The notes under the pieces: generated by a model
Seen by the model: only the letters and a program-made list of their open reading frames with translations
What the model was told of the DNA's origin: nothing
Database searches by the model: none
Assembly (NCBI GenBank): GCA_964465445.1
Contig: CAYXJB010000001.1
Coordinates: 1-52,156 of the forward strand
Source: an uncultured Verrucomicrobiota bacterium
GTDB lineage: Bacteria; Verrucomicrobiota; Verrucomicrobiia; Limisphaerales; JAOAIM01
Direction of reading: 5' to 3'
Length of the DNA: 52,156 nucleotides
In this document: positions 27,749 to 37,288 of the stretch, piece after piece
Layout of the letters: each line of letters begins with the position of its first letter
Numbering within the stretch: position 1 is the stretch's first letter
Program-made: the position numbers and the translations under genes

Positions 27749-28975
27749 ATGACGTTGGCCAGATCCACCCCGCCCTCCGAAGCTGGGGCGTTCGTGCGCG
27801 AGCTGTTCCGGAAACGTTTCGGCGCGACCCCGCCGCATGTGGTGCGCGCGCCCGGCCGGCTGGAAGTGCTGGGCAATCACACCGATTACAACGAAGGGCT
27901 CGTCATGGCCGCGGCCGTGGACCGGTACATCTTTATGGCGGTCGAACCCCGCAGCGACGGATGGATCGAGCTGGTGTCCTCGGCGTTCCCCGAACCGGAG
28001 CGGTTTCGGACTGACGTGCTGCGGTCCAATCCGGCGGCGCGCTGGGCCGACTACGTCAAGGGCGTGCTGGCGCAGCTTCGCAAACGCGGCGTGCCGTTCG
28101 GCGGGTTCAACGCGGCGATTCATGGCACCGTGCCCCCGGGCGCGGGCATGAGCAGTTCGGCGGCGTTGGAAGTGGCCACGGCGCTGGCGGTGCGCCGGCT
28201 GTATCCGTTTGGCTTGAGCGAAACGGGCCCTGCACCGCCGCCGCAACGGGACGCGCGCGGGTTGCCGCCGCCGCTCGCGCCCGCCGAACGGATGCATCTG
28301 GCGCACCTGTGCCGCGCCGCCGAGAACGAATTTGTGGGCATGCCCTGCGGCATCCTGGATCAGGTCTCGAGCCTGTTCGGACGCGCGTGGCACGTGCTGA
28401 CGATTGATTGCCGGTTCGGGAGCGTCGAGACCCTGCCGTTGACCGGCGAGGTGCTGGTGGTCTGCGACAGCGGGGTGCGCCATGCGCTGGTGTCGGGCCA
28501 GTACGCCGCGCTGCGCCAGCATTGCGAATCCGCCGCGCGCAAACTCGGCGCGCGCTCGCTCCGGTCGGTCGAGCCGGCGGATCTCAAAGCGCATCGGGAG
28601 CGGCTGACCGCGCGCGAGTTCGAGTGTGCCTGGCATGTGGTGAGCGAGATCGCGCGTGTGGTGGCGGCTGAACGGGCATTGCGGGACGGGGATCACGCGC
28701 AGTTCGGACAATATCTGTTTCAGAGCCACGAAAGCTCGCGGGATTTCCTGCGCAACAGCACGCCGGAGCTCGACCTGCTGGTGGAGCTGGCGCGGGCGCA
28801 TCCGGCCTGTTTGGGCGCGCGGCTGACGGGCGGAGGATTTGGCGGCGCGACGATTCACCTGGTGCGCCATCACCAGGTCGAGGAGTTCGTTCAGTACATG
28901 GCGCGGGAACATCAGCGTCGCACCGGTCGGCCGCTCCAACCGATGATCTGCCAGATTGTGGACGGGGCGGCGTAA
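27749..28975 (+). CDS. galK: galactokinase
   Basis: APGRLEVLGNHTDYNEGLVMAAAV, GHMP motif PPGAGMSSSAALEVA, GMPCGILDQ, LTGGGFGGATIHLV. Confidence 0.9.
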   Translation: MTLARSTPPSEAGAFVRELFRKRFGATPPHVVRAPGRLEVLGNHTDYNEGLVMAAAVDRYIFMAVEPRSDGWIELVSSAFPEPERFRTDVLRSNPAARWADYVKGVLAQLRKRGVPFGGFNAAIHGTVPPGAGMSSSAALEVATALAVRRLYPFGLSETGPAPPPQRDARGLPPPLAPAERMHLAHLCRAAENEFVGMPCGILDQVSSLFGRAWHVLTIDCRFGSVETLPLTGEVLVVCDSGVRHALVSGQYAALRQHCESAARKLGARSLRSVEPADLKAHRERLTAREFECAWHVVSEIARVVAAERALRDGDHAQFGQYLFQSHESSRDFLRNSTPELDLLVELARAHPACLGARLTGGGFGGATIHLVRHHQVEEFVQYMAREHQRRTGRPLQPMICQIVDGAA

Positions 28976-29043
28976 ACGCGCCGCTGCGCGGGTGGGCCCG
29001 ACTCGCGCCGGCTCGAACGATCGGCGTTCGGCGGACCGTCGGT

Positions 29044-29922
29044 TTATTGTGGCGGCGTGCTTTCGGCCGGTTTGGCGTCGGTTTTCTTTTCCGACGGGGC
29101 GGCGTCGGCGGGTTTGGTTTCGGGCACTTGTTTGGCCACTTTGAGCACGTCAGCAGCCGGCAGGATGATGCCGGTCAACCCCGGCGGCTGGAGGCTGAAC
29201 AGGCTCATATCGGTGCCGTCGGTGCTGACGGAGCGAACAACGCAAATGCCCAGAAGGCGACCGTCGAGCAAGAACGCCGGCGAACCCAGTGCGGTGGTGG
29301 TCATGGTGCTTTCGGGCACGTAGAAGAGGCGGGGTTTCTGGACCACGGCGCTGATGCGTTCGACCGAGGCGGCGTAGGCGCGACCGGCGGCCTTGCCCAG
29401 GCGGTTGAGCGTGATGACCTGGTCGAGCACATCGGCCTGACCGGCGCGGCTCAGATCCACGAACGGCATCGGCTGGGCCGGGCGTACTTTGGGCCGGATA
29501 AACGCCAGATCCAGATCGCGATCGCGCAACAGGATTTCGGCCGGCAGTTCGGTGCCGTCCTCGAGCAGGATCTTCACGTCGGTCAGCTCGGTGTCGAACT
29601 TGAACCGGCTCTCTTCGTCGCCCATGCCGCTCAAGAGGTTGCGGATCATGCTCGACGGATCGGTGGCCGAAAGCGCCAGAACAGTCAGGCCGGAGGGATC
29701 CACCACCGTGCCGGTGAGGTCCTGTTTGGACTCGTTGCCCTGAGCACCCATGCCGCCGAAGGACATTTTGGATTTGATGACGACCTGCACGGTGACGACG
29801 GCACGCTGGTATTGTTTGAAGATGGCACGGCCTTTTTCGGCCAGTTCATCGGCGCGCAGGGGCGGTTGGATCGGCGCGAGCATCAGGCCGGCAGCCAGCA
29901 GGGTCAGAACGGTCGCACGCAT
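29044..29922 (-). CDS. secreted trypsin-fold protein, probably catalytically degenerate (HtrA-like without PDZ)
   Basis: It has a signal peptide. The fold landmarks VVTVQVV, DRDLDLAFIR and LLGICVV align to the neighbouring HtrA. The His box reads LTVLALSAT and the GNSGGP box reads TTALGSPAF. Confidence 0.7.
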   Translation of the reverse strand: MRATVLTLLAAGLMLAPIQPPLRADELAEKGRAIFKQYQRAVVTVQVVIKSKMSFGGMGAQGNESKQDLTGTVVDPSGLTVLALSATDPSSMIRNLLSGMGDEESRFKFDTELTDVKILLEDGTELPAEILLRDRDLDLAFIRPKVRPAQPMPFVDLSRAGQADVLDQVITLNRLGKAAGRAYAASVERISAVVQKPRLFYVPESTMTTTALGSPAFLLDGRLLGICVVRSVSTDGTDMSLFSLQPPGLTGIILPAADVLKVAKQVPETKPADAAPSEKKTDAKPAESTPPQ

Positions 29923-29942
29923 GGATTTCCTTTGGTTGAAGG

Positions 29943-32081
29943 TCAGTTTTTCCAGTTCGGTTCCAGCTCGAGATATTTGGTGTGGACACCGCGGACCACC
30001 TTCATGATCACCGGCGTCTGGCGGGCGGCCGTGACGCGCTCCATCTCGCGGCGCAACGTTTCGACGTCGCTGACCGCGCGACCGTCCACTTCCACGATCA
30101 GATCATCCACAAAGAGCGAGCCCAGTTCCGCCCAACTGCCGCGTTTGACGTCGGTGACCAGCGCGCCGGTCTGCTCGAGACTCCACTGGCGCTCGGCCCG
30201 GTCGAAAAACGAGATGTCGCGCACGGTGAACTCGAAATCGTCGTTGCGGTAGGACTTCATTTCGCGCGGCAGCCGCGGCGAGCGCACCAGCTCGACGGGA
30301 ATTTTGAGCGTGGCGTTGCTCCGGAGCACGGTCAGTTCGACGGTGTGGCCGATCTCGTACTGGCGGATGAGCGAAGCCAGTTCGTCCTGATGTTCGGGGC
30401 CGGCGGCGGTGAGTTTCTCGCCATCCACGGCGATGATGAAATCGCCCACGCGAAGGCCGGCCTTCTCGGCAGTGCTGGCCGGATAGACGCGGGTGAGATA
30501 AAAACCGGTCAACTCGGGTCGACCCAACTGCCGTGCAATGGGCCGGGTAATGACCTGGGTTTCGACCGGCAGCCAGGCCTTGGTGACCTCCAGACCGGGA
30601 TCTTTGAGCTCCTCCAGACCGACCTTGACGATGGTCAGATAGCGCTTGTCCTTGCGCTCGAAGGTGGCCACCACCGGCACCGGCTCGCTCCGGCCGGCCC
30701 GAAGCTGCTGCGTGCGTTCGAGCAGCTCTTCGACGTTGCGCACCGGCAGGTCGTTGACGGCGACCAGCACGTCGCCCTCGTTCAACGGCGGGTTCGCATC
30801 CCCTGATGGCCCGCCGGGACGGACCGAGGTGATGACCACGCCGTTGGTGTCGGGGCGTTTCATCTCCAGGGCCGAAAGCCAGGTGAGGTTGCGCGCGGTG
30901 ATGCCCCAGTCCTTGATCTCCCTGGGCTTGGGAAACATCTCGGTCCGTTCGACGGGCGTGATTTGAAGCGTCAACTCGCGTCCGTCCCGCTGCACGACCG
31001 CCGGAACGGGTTGACCGATCGGCAATCCGGACGCCAGGCGCATGAAATCGGGCATTTGCTCGTCGTAGCGCACGTCCACGCGCTGCCCGGCCAGGGACAC
31101 CAACAGATCGCCCGCTCGCAGCCCGGCCCGCGCCGCCGGCGAGTCCTCCAACACCCCGGCGATGAGCACGCCCGCTTCGTCCGGCCCCGGCGCGGAAGCC
31201 GCGCCCGCGGCGGGGATCACCGCTCCGGGTGCGCCCGCACGTTTGAACCGCGGTTGCACGTCCACGCCCAGCCAACTCCGCTGCACCCGACCCCGGGCGA
31301 TGAGCTCCTCGGCCACGGCTTTGGCCAGGTTGCTCGGGATCGCGCCGCTCAGACCGAATTTGATTTCGTTGATGCCGACGATTTCGCCGCGCAGGTTGAC
31401 CAGCGGGCCGCCGGAATTGCCGCCGTAGATGGGCGCGTCATGACCGATCCATTTGACCAGCGCGCCGACGTCCTCCCCGTCGAGCCGGAATCGTGCAAAC
31501 GGACCGAAGAACCGCGGCATCGTCATCTCCGTGTTGCTGATGATGCCCAGGGTGACCGACTGCGAAAGAGCCATCGGGCTGCCCATCGCCAGCACCGGAT
31601 CGCCCACGCGCAGTCTGGAGGAATCGCCGAACGGGGCCGGAGTGAATTCCATCGGCCGGTCGGGTTTGAGTTTGAGCACGGTGATGTCGGTCAGCGGATC
31701 GGTGCCGACCAGTTCGGCCTCGATTTCCTCGCGATTCCAGAGCGTGCAGAAGATGCGCACGGCGCGACCGGCGACGTGGTGGTTGGTGATGAGGTAGCCG
31801 TCGCGGGTGATGATCGCGCCGCTGCCGACGGCCTGCATTTTGACCTCCCGGCCCTCAGTGTACTCGGTCGTCACCACGCGCAGCCGCACCAGCGCCGGGC
31901 GCACCTGGGAAATAACGCGGTCGAGTTGGGCCTGCGAGACGTTGGCCCGTCCGCCGGTCGAGGCGCAGCCGCCAGCCAGCCACAACCCCAGCGTCAGTAC
32001 CACACTGCTCAAGGCGGCACCCGGCCGAAGTCCGGCGCAACCAACGGTGGCCATGCACCCCTTGTAGCGGGCGGGCGGCAT
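29943..32081 (-). CDS. HtrA/DegP-family serine protease with multiple PDZ domains
   Basis: GSGAIITRDGYLITNHHVA (His), DPLTDITVLKL (Asp), GGNSGGPLVNLRGEIVGIN (Ser). Roughly 430 aa follow containing 3-4 PDZ-like segments (GDLLVSLAG, GDVLVAVND, GDFIIAVDG, DDLIVEVDG). Start candidates are ATG 32081, ATG 32054 and GTG 32099. Confidence 0.9.
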   Translation of the reverse strand: MPPARYKGCMATVGCAGLRPGAALSSVVLTLGLWLAGGCASTGGRANVSQAQLDRVISQVRPALVRLRVVTTEYTEGREVKMQAVGSGAIITRDGYLITNHHVAGRAVRIFCTLWNREEIEAELVGTDPLTDITVLKLKPDRPMEFTPAPFGDSSRLRVGDPVLAMGSPMALSQSVTLGIISNTEMTMPRFFGPFARFRLDGEDVGALVKWIGHDAPIYGGNSGGPLVNLRGEIVGINEIKFGLSGAIPSNLAKAVAEELIARGRVQRSWLGVDVQPRFKRAGAPGAVIPAAGAASAPGPDEAGVLIAGVLEDSPAARAGLRAGDLLVSLAGQRVDVRYDEQMPDFMRLASGLPIGQPVPAVVQRDGRELTLQITPVERTEMFPKPREIKDWGITARNLTWLSALEMKRPDTNGVVITSVRPGGPSGDANPPLNEGDVLVAVNDLPVRNVEELLERTQQLRAGRSEPVPVVATFERKDKRYLTIVKVGLEELKDPGLEVTKAWLPVETQVITRPIARQLGRPELTGFYLTRVYPASTAEKAGLRVGDFIIAVDGEKLTAAGPEHQDELASLIRQYEIGHTVELTVLRSNATLKIPVELVRSPRLPREMKSYRNDDFEFTVRDISFFDRAERQWSLEQTGALVTDVKRGSWAELGSLFVDDLIVEVDGRAVSDVETLRREMERVTAARQTPVIMKVVRGVHTKYLELEPNWKN

Positions 32082-32115
32082 TTTGCAAGTCCAATGCACC
32101 GGGCAGATCGCGCGT

Positions 32116-33540
32116 TCAGCCGCCTCGTCGCACCGCGGCCAGCTCGCGCCACAACAACGCGCTCATCCGCTGCCCTCGCGCGAAGACGTTCAGATCGAAC
32201 TTCTCGTTGGGCGAATGCGCGTTGTCATCGGGCAACGCCAGCCCCACCAGCAAGGTGTCCAGGCCGAGGATTTTCCTGAATTGATTCACGATGGGGATCG
32301 AGCCGCCCTCGCGCAGCAGCACCGGTTCGGCTTGGAACGCCTCCCGCAGGGCGCGCAGTGCGGCCTGCGCATCGGGGCTCTGCGGCGAAACATGGTAGGC
32401 TTCCGAGCCGTGCGCATCGCGGATTTCCAGCCGCACCGTCGGCGGGCAATGGCGTTTGAGAAACGCGCCGATGCGTTTGAGCACGTGCTGGGGTCGCTGG
32501 TTGGGCACCAGCCGCGCGGTGATCTTGGCCCGCGCCCAGGCCGGCACGATCGTTTTGCTGCCCTCGCCCTGGTAACCACTGGTCAGGCCGTTGATCTCGA
32601 AGGTCGGACGCGCCATGCGCTGTTCGTTGGGGGTGAAACCGCGTTCGCCAAAGAGCTTCGGTACGCCCAGAAATCGCCGGTACTGCTCGGCGTCGAACGG
32701 AATCCGCGCCAGTTGCGCACGCTCGAATTTCGAGAGCGGCACCACACCCTTGTAAAAACCCGGGATCGTGATCCGCCCGTGCTGGTCGCGCACGCGCGCC
32801 AGCAACTGGCACAGCGCCAGGGCCGGATTCTCGACCGACCCGCCGAAGATGCCCGAATGCAGGTCGCGCGCCGGCCCGTGCACGATGATTTCCAGCGAGG
32901 CGATGCCGCGCAACGCATAGGTCAGCGCCGGCAGACGCGGCCCGGGCATGCCGGTGTCCGACACCACCACGCCGTCGCATTCCCAGAGCAGCGAGCGGTG
33001 CGATTTGAGAAACGCCTCCAGACTCCGGCTGCCGACTTCCTCCTCGCCCTCGATGACAAAGGTCAGGTCCACCGGCGGCAACTGACCGGTCTTGAGATAC
33101 GCCTCGACGGCCTTGAGATGGGCGAAATGCTGGCCTTTGTTGTCGCTCGCTCCCCGGCCGAACAACGCGCCATCCCGCACCACCGGTTCAAACGGCGGCG
33201 TGCGCCAGAGCTCGAAGGGCTCCGGCGGCTGCACATCGTAATGACCGTAAACCAGAAAATGCCGCCGCCGCGGCTGGCCGCGTCGCCGCCGCACCGGGGG
33301 GGTGCAGGCCAGCACGACCGGATGACCGGCGGTGGGACAGAGTCGGGCCTGAAGACCGATCTGGCGACAGTGCTTCACCAGCCAGGTTGCGCATCGGGCC
33401 ATGTCCCCGTTGTGCCCCACCTGCGCCGACACGCTCGCAAACCGCACGTACTCGGCCAGCTCCGCGACAAATCGCTTCTGGTTCTGCTCCAGATACTCCA
33501 GTACCGCATCCATGCACGCAGTATCAAAAGCCTGATTCAT
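32116..33540 (-). CDS. M20-family metallo-dipeptidase
   Basis: FLVYGHYDVQPPEPFELWRTPPFEPVVRDGALFGRGASDNKGQ, FVIEGEEEVGS, AHSPNEKF. Confidence 0.9.
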   Translation of the reverse strand: MNQAFDTACMDAVLEYLEQNQKRFVAELAEYVRFASVSAQVGHNGDMARCATWLVKHCRQIGLQARLCPTAGHPVVLACTPPVRRRRGQPRRRHFLVYGHYDVQPPEPFELWRTPPFEPVVRDGALFGRGASDNKGQHFAHLKAVEAYLKTGQLPPVDLTFVIEGEEEVGSRSLEAFLKSHRSLLWECDGVVVSDTGMPGPRLPALTYALRGIASLEIIVHGPARDLHSGIFGGSVENPALALCQLLARVRDQHGRITIPGFYKGVVPLSKFERAQLARIPFDAEQYRRFLGVPKLFGERGFTPNEQRMARPTFEINGLTSGYQGEGSKTIVPAWARAKITARLVPNQRPQHVLKRIGAFLKRHCPPTVRLEIRDAHGSEAYHVSPQSPDAQAALRALREAFQAEPVLLREGGSIPIVNQFRKILGLDTLLVGLALPDDNAHSPNEKFDLNVFARGQRMSALLWRELAAVRRGG

Positions 33541-33607
33541 GAAAGCAAAAGCAAATCACACCCGGGCACCGGGCCGTGTGAACCGATCCACACAAGGAGA
33601 TTCGAAT

Positions 33608-33683
33608 TGGTGGGCGCTGAGGGATTCGAACCCCCGACCTGCTCGGTGTAAACGAGACGCGCTAACCACTGCGCCAAGCGCCC
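33608..33683 (-). tRNA. tRNA-Val (anticodon UAC)
   Basis: The rc folds as GGGCGCT/AGCGCCC acceptor, GCGC-AGTGGTTA-GCGC D arm, TCTCG-TTTACAC-CGAGC anticodon arm (one 27:43 mismatch), GGGGG-TTCGAAT-CCCTC T arm, with encoded CCA. Confidence 0.85.
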
Positions 33684-33744
33684 ACCACTCCGTCCAATAA
33701 ACCGGCCCGCCCGCGCCGTTTCAACCGCAAAGCCGGCCCCAATT

Positions 33745-34636
33745 TCAGCCCAGCACCTGCCGCACAAAGCGGCAGTTGGCCCGGTAGCTCTCGATCAAAT
33801 CCCCGCCCGGCGGCAACGAGCCCTCGATCTGCACCCAGCCGCGATAGCCGATCGCATCCAGCGCCGCCCGCACCTTGCGGTAATCCACTCGACCCCGGCC
33901 CAGCAACGCCCCGTTTTCCTTGAAATGAAACTCGCAGATCCGCCGCCGTCCCAGCAGCCGAATCTCCTGATCCACCGTAGCCGCGCTCGTGCGAATTGCA
34001 GCAGTCGTAGTAAACCTGCACGGCCCGCGACCCGACGCGTCGCAGAATCTCCAGATGCGCCGGCGCGCTGAGCCAGCTCTCCAGACCCAGAACCACACCG
34101 GCTTTCTCGGCGGCCGGCGCCAACCGTCGCAGCCGACGCACCACTTCCTCGATCCCGGCCGGATCATCGCGCAGATCGCCCTTGTTGAAAAAAGCCAGCA
34201 GCACCACCCGCACGCCCAACACCCGACACACCTCGATCGAGTCGCGAACCCATTCGAACGCGCGCGGATCGCTCTTGAAGGGCACCTGATTCAACGCGCC
34301 AATTGCCAGCGACGCGATCTCCAGGCCGGTCCGGCGCGCTGCCGCGCAGTACTCACGTTGCACCTCCGGCCGGCGCAATTTCATGTCATCGGCCACCGTG
34401 CCCAGACTCACCTGCACGCCGTCCAGGCCGATCTCCCTGGCCAGATCGAACGCGCCCGGATCGGCCGTTTTGCCCAGCGACCAGTCGCAGGCGCCGACCT
34501 TGAACCGCCGCCGCGCCGTAGCGGCCAACAACGGCGACCAGGCCCTCGATGCCGCCAGCCACAACACCACGGCGCCGGACCGAAGCAACATTTGTCGGCG
34601 AGGTAACGTTCGGGGCGGCGGGTTCGGTGAGTGCAT
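33745..34636 (-). pseudogene. Tat-signal sugar phosphate isomerase/epimerase (TIM barrel) with a 1-nt frameshift near 33975-33976
   Basis: Frame A (ORF 33662..34636) reads sensibly up to ...VYYDCCNSHERGY. Frame B (ORF 33745..34167) then continues VDQEIRLLGRRRICEFHFKENGALLGRGRVDY...QIEGSLPPGG. Deleting one G of the GG at 33975-33976 joins them. Confidence 0.75.
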
Positions 34637-34730
34637 GGGCGCCGGTTACCATGTCGGTGGCAGCGGAGCAAGCTTCCCGGATCGGGCTCCGGCGCGAGCC
34701 GCGCCGCCCCGACGCGTGCGCTTCGCGACT

Positions 34731-35438
34731 TCAGCGCAGCGAGGCGAGAATTTTCTCCGTGGCGGCACGCGGATCGGGCGCGGCGTAAATCGGCCGACCG
34801 ATGACCAGCCAATCCGCTCCGGCCTCGAGCGCTTCGCGCGGCGTGAGCGTGCGTTTCTGATCGTCGGGCGACTCGCTGCCGGTGCGGATGCCCGGCGCGA
34901 CCAGTTGCACCGCTTCGGGAAGAAGTTGTCGGAGCATGACAAGCTCCAGCGGTGAACACACCAGGCCGCGCAGGCCGGCGCGCACAGCCAGTTGCGCCAG
35001 CCGCTCGACCTGGCGCGCCGGGCTGGGGTCGCAGCCCACTTCGGCCAGCGTGTCGGCGTCGGCGCTGGTCAGCACCGTGACCGCCAGCACCAGCGGCGGC
35101 TCCTGGCCGAGTGATTCGGCCGTCTGGCGGGCCGCCTGCTCTGCGGCGCGCAACATGGCCAATCCGCCGCTCGCATGCACGGTGAGCATGTCCACCTGCA
35201 ATCGCACCGCGGCCGTCACGGCCCGGGCGACCGTGTTGGGAATGTCATGAAACTTCAGATCCAGAAACACCCGCCCGCCCAGCTCCCGGAGTCGTCGGAT
35301 GATGTCCGGTCCGGCGGCCGTGAACAGTTCGCTGCCGATCTTGAAACCCGCGACGCAGGGAACGATTTGCCGCGCCAGAGCCAGCGCCTGCTCGGCCGTC
35401 GGCACATCCAGCGCGGCGAGGATGGGATTGCGTCTCAC
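34731..35438 (-). CDS. pyrF: orotidine 5'-phosphate decarboxylase
   Basis: ILAALDVP, FKIGSELF, VFLDLKFHDIPNTV, MLTVHASGG, VIGRPI. GTG start. Confidence 0.9.
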   Translation of the reverse strand: MRRNPILAALDVPTAEQALALARQIVPCVAGFKIGSELFTAAGPDIIRRLRELGGRVFLDLKFHDIPNTVARAVTAAVRLQVDMLTVHASGGLAMLRAAEQAARQTAESLGQEPPLVLAVTVLTSADADTLAEVGCDPSPARQVERLAQLAVRAGLRGLVCSPLELVMLRQLLPEAVQLVAPGIRTGSESPDDQKRTLTPREALEAGADWLVIGRPIYAAPDPRAATEKILASLR

Positions 35439-35992
35439 GACGCGAGACTAACCGGGGCGGCGGCCCGAGGAAACGATTTCTCCCGGCGCGGCAGCGCGGG
35501 TTGACATGGCTGCAACAACCCGCCCGCGCCGCGGATGCCTCCTCAGCTCCCAAGACCGGTCGCAGGCAACGGACGCGCCACTGCAGCGGCACCCAACCGC
35601 CCGGCCAAAGTATGCCGGGCTACCAGCCACAGCGGCGCGACCAGAACCTGCGCGGAGCCGACCGCTTCCGGCGACACAATCCACACCCGCTCGTCCAGAT
35701 GTGCGGGCCGTTTCTTTCGGATCGCCCAGTCAGCGTCGTAGATTTTGATCAGCCTGGCCATGTGCTCCGTTTGGGCGTCAAGCACACGACGGGCCAGCCC
35801 ACAACGGCCAGCCCCGCCGGGCACAAATCTCGCGATTGACGGCGTAAAATCGTGCGAACCCAGACGGTGCGGTAGTGAGCCAACCGGCCTGTCGGGCGGA
35901 ATTTTCACGCCTCGCGCGTGGATTTGGTACGCCGGGGCTGGCCGGGCGGCATTGGGCTTTCTTCGAACCGTCCGGTTGCCTACCTTGCCGCC

Positions 35993-37288
35993 ATGCGAGT
36001 GTTGCAGCAGAGCGACCCGGATTTCGCTTCCCAGATCGAGCGGCTGGCGTCGGCCTCCAGCCTGTGGGACGCCCACATCGAGGAGCAAACGCGGGCGATC
36101 ATCGAAGCGGTGCGCCAGCGCGGCGATGCGGCGCTGCTGGAACTGACGGCGCGTTTTGACGGCGCGAGGTTGTCACCCGAGCAACTAGCAGTCACGCGCG
36201 CCGAATTGATGACCGCCTCGCTTCAAGCCGGGCCGGAACTGCGCGCGGCGGTGACGGCCGCGTCGCGCAACATCGTGGCGTTCGCGCGTCGCTCGCTGCG
36301 TCGCAACTGGCAGATGCGCAACAGCCATGGCGCGTTCGTGGGGGAGAAATTCGATCCGTTTCAGCGCGTGGGCATTTACATCCCGGGCGGACGCGCGCCG
36401 CTGATTTCGACGGCGCTGATGACCGTCACGCTGGCGAAGGCGGCCGGCTGCGCGGAAATCGTCGTGTGCACGCCCTGCCGACGGGACGGCGGGATTGATC
36501 CGGCGCTGTTGTTTGCGGCGCGGGTGGCCGGGGCGACCGAGATCTACCGCGTGGGCGGGGCGCAGGCGATTGCGGCGATGGTGCTGGGCACGGAGACGAT
36601 CCGACCGGTTCAAAAAATCTTCGGTCCGGGCAACGCGTATGTGGTCGCGGCCAAACGGTTGCTGTTCGGACGCGTGGCGGTGGACCTGTTGCCCGGGCCG
36701 AGCGAAGTGCTGGTGCTGGCCGACGAAACGGCGAATCCGACATTTGCTGCTGCCGACCTGCTGTCACAGGCCGAACATGGCTCGGGTCAGGAACGCGTCT
36801 GGCTGGTGACGACCTCGCGACGATTGCTGCGGGCCGTCGAGCGGCAGATCGAGCGCCAACTGCCGCGGCTGCAACGGCGCGAGTTCATCCGGCGCGCCCT
36901 CGAACAACACGGCTGGCTCATTCACGTCAACTCGCTCAGCGACGCCCTGGCGGTGGTCAACCGACTCGCCCCCGAGCATTGCGAGGTGATGACACGCCGG
37001 GCGCGCACCGTGGCGGCGGCGATTCGGACCGCCGGAGCGGTGTTCGTGGGGCCATGGTCGCCGACGGTTCTGGGCGATTACGTCGCCGGACCCAGCCACA
37101 CGCTGCCCACCGGCGGTGCGGGGGCGTCCTTTGCGGGGCTGACCGCCGATCAGTTCCAGCGCCGCACCAGTGTCGTCGAATACTCGCGCGCGGCGTTGCG
37201 CCGGGCGCTGCCGACTGTCGAGCTGTTCGCACGCATGGAAGGTCTGGGCGCACACGGGCGTTCGGCGGCCATTCGCACCGAAGAATGA
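35993..37288 (+). CDS. hisD: histidinol dehydrogenase
   Basis: Internal ATG at 35993. IIEAVRQRGDAALLELTARFDG, GIYIPGGRAPLISTALM, GGAQAIAAM, GPGNAYVVAAKR, LLSQAEHGS. Confidence 0.9.
   Translation: MRVLQQSDPDFASQIERLASASSLWDAHIEEQTRAIIEAVRQRGDAALLELTARFDGARLSPEQLAVTRAELMTASLQAGPELRAAVTAASRNIVAFARRSLRRNWQMRNSHGAFVGEKFDPFQRVGIYIPGGRAPLISTALMTVTLAKAAGCAEIVVCTPCRRDGGIDPALLFAARVAGATEIYRVGGAQAIAAMVLGTETIRPVQKIFGPGNAYVVAAKRLLFGRVAVDLLPGPSEVLVLADETANPTFAAADLLSQAEHGSGQERVWLVTTSRRLLRAVERQIERQLPRLQRREFIRRALEQHGWLIHVNSLSDALAVVNRLAPEHCEVMTRRARTVAAAIRTAGAVFVGPWSPTVLGDYVAGPSHTLPTGGAGASFAGLTADQFQRRTSVVEYSRAALRRALPTVELFARMEGLGAHGRSAAIRTEE

Noticed and set aside
24027-33683. A genomic island bounded by the two tRNA-Val genes.
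   Set aside because: The two tRNAs have different anticodons and sequences and lie on opposite strands. No integrase, direct repeats or compositional shift are visible. The interval also contains ordinary housekeeping genes (galK, pterin dehydratase, HtrA, M20 peptidase).
33662-33744. The 3' end of track ORF 33662..34636 overlapping tRNA-Val(UAC).
   Set aside because: This is an artefact of reading through in the wrong frame after the frameshift at ~33975. The homologous frame stops at 33745.
35543-35761. A 72-aa ORF (MARLIKIYDADWAIRKKRPAHLDERVWIVSPEA...) in the 550-nt pyrF-hisD divergent intergenic region.
   Set aside because: Only the first ~30 residues look protein-like and the rest is Ala/Leu/Gly filler. 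It has no recognisable family or ribosome-binding site, so I cannot distinguish it from a chance ORF. The unusually long intergenic region may deserve a covariance-model scan for an RNA element.
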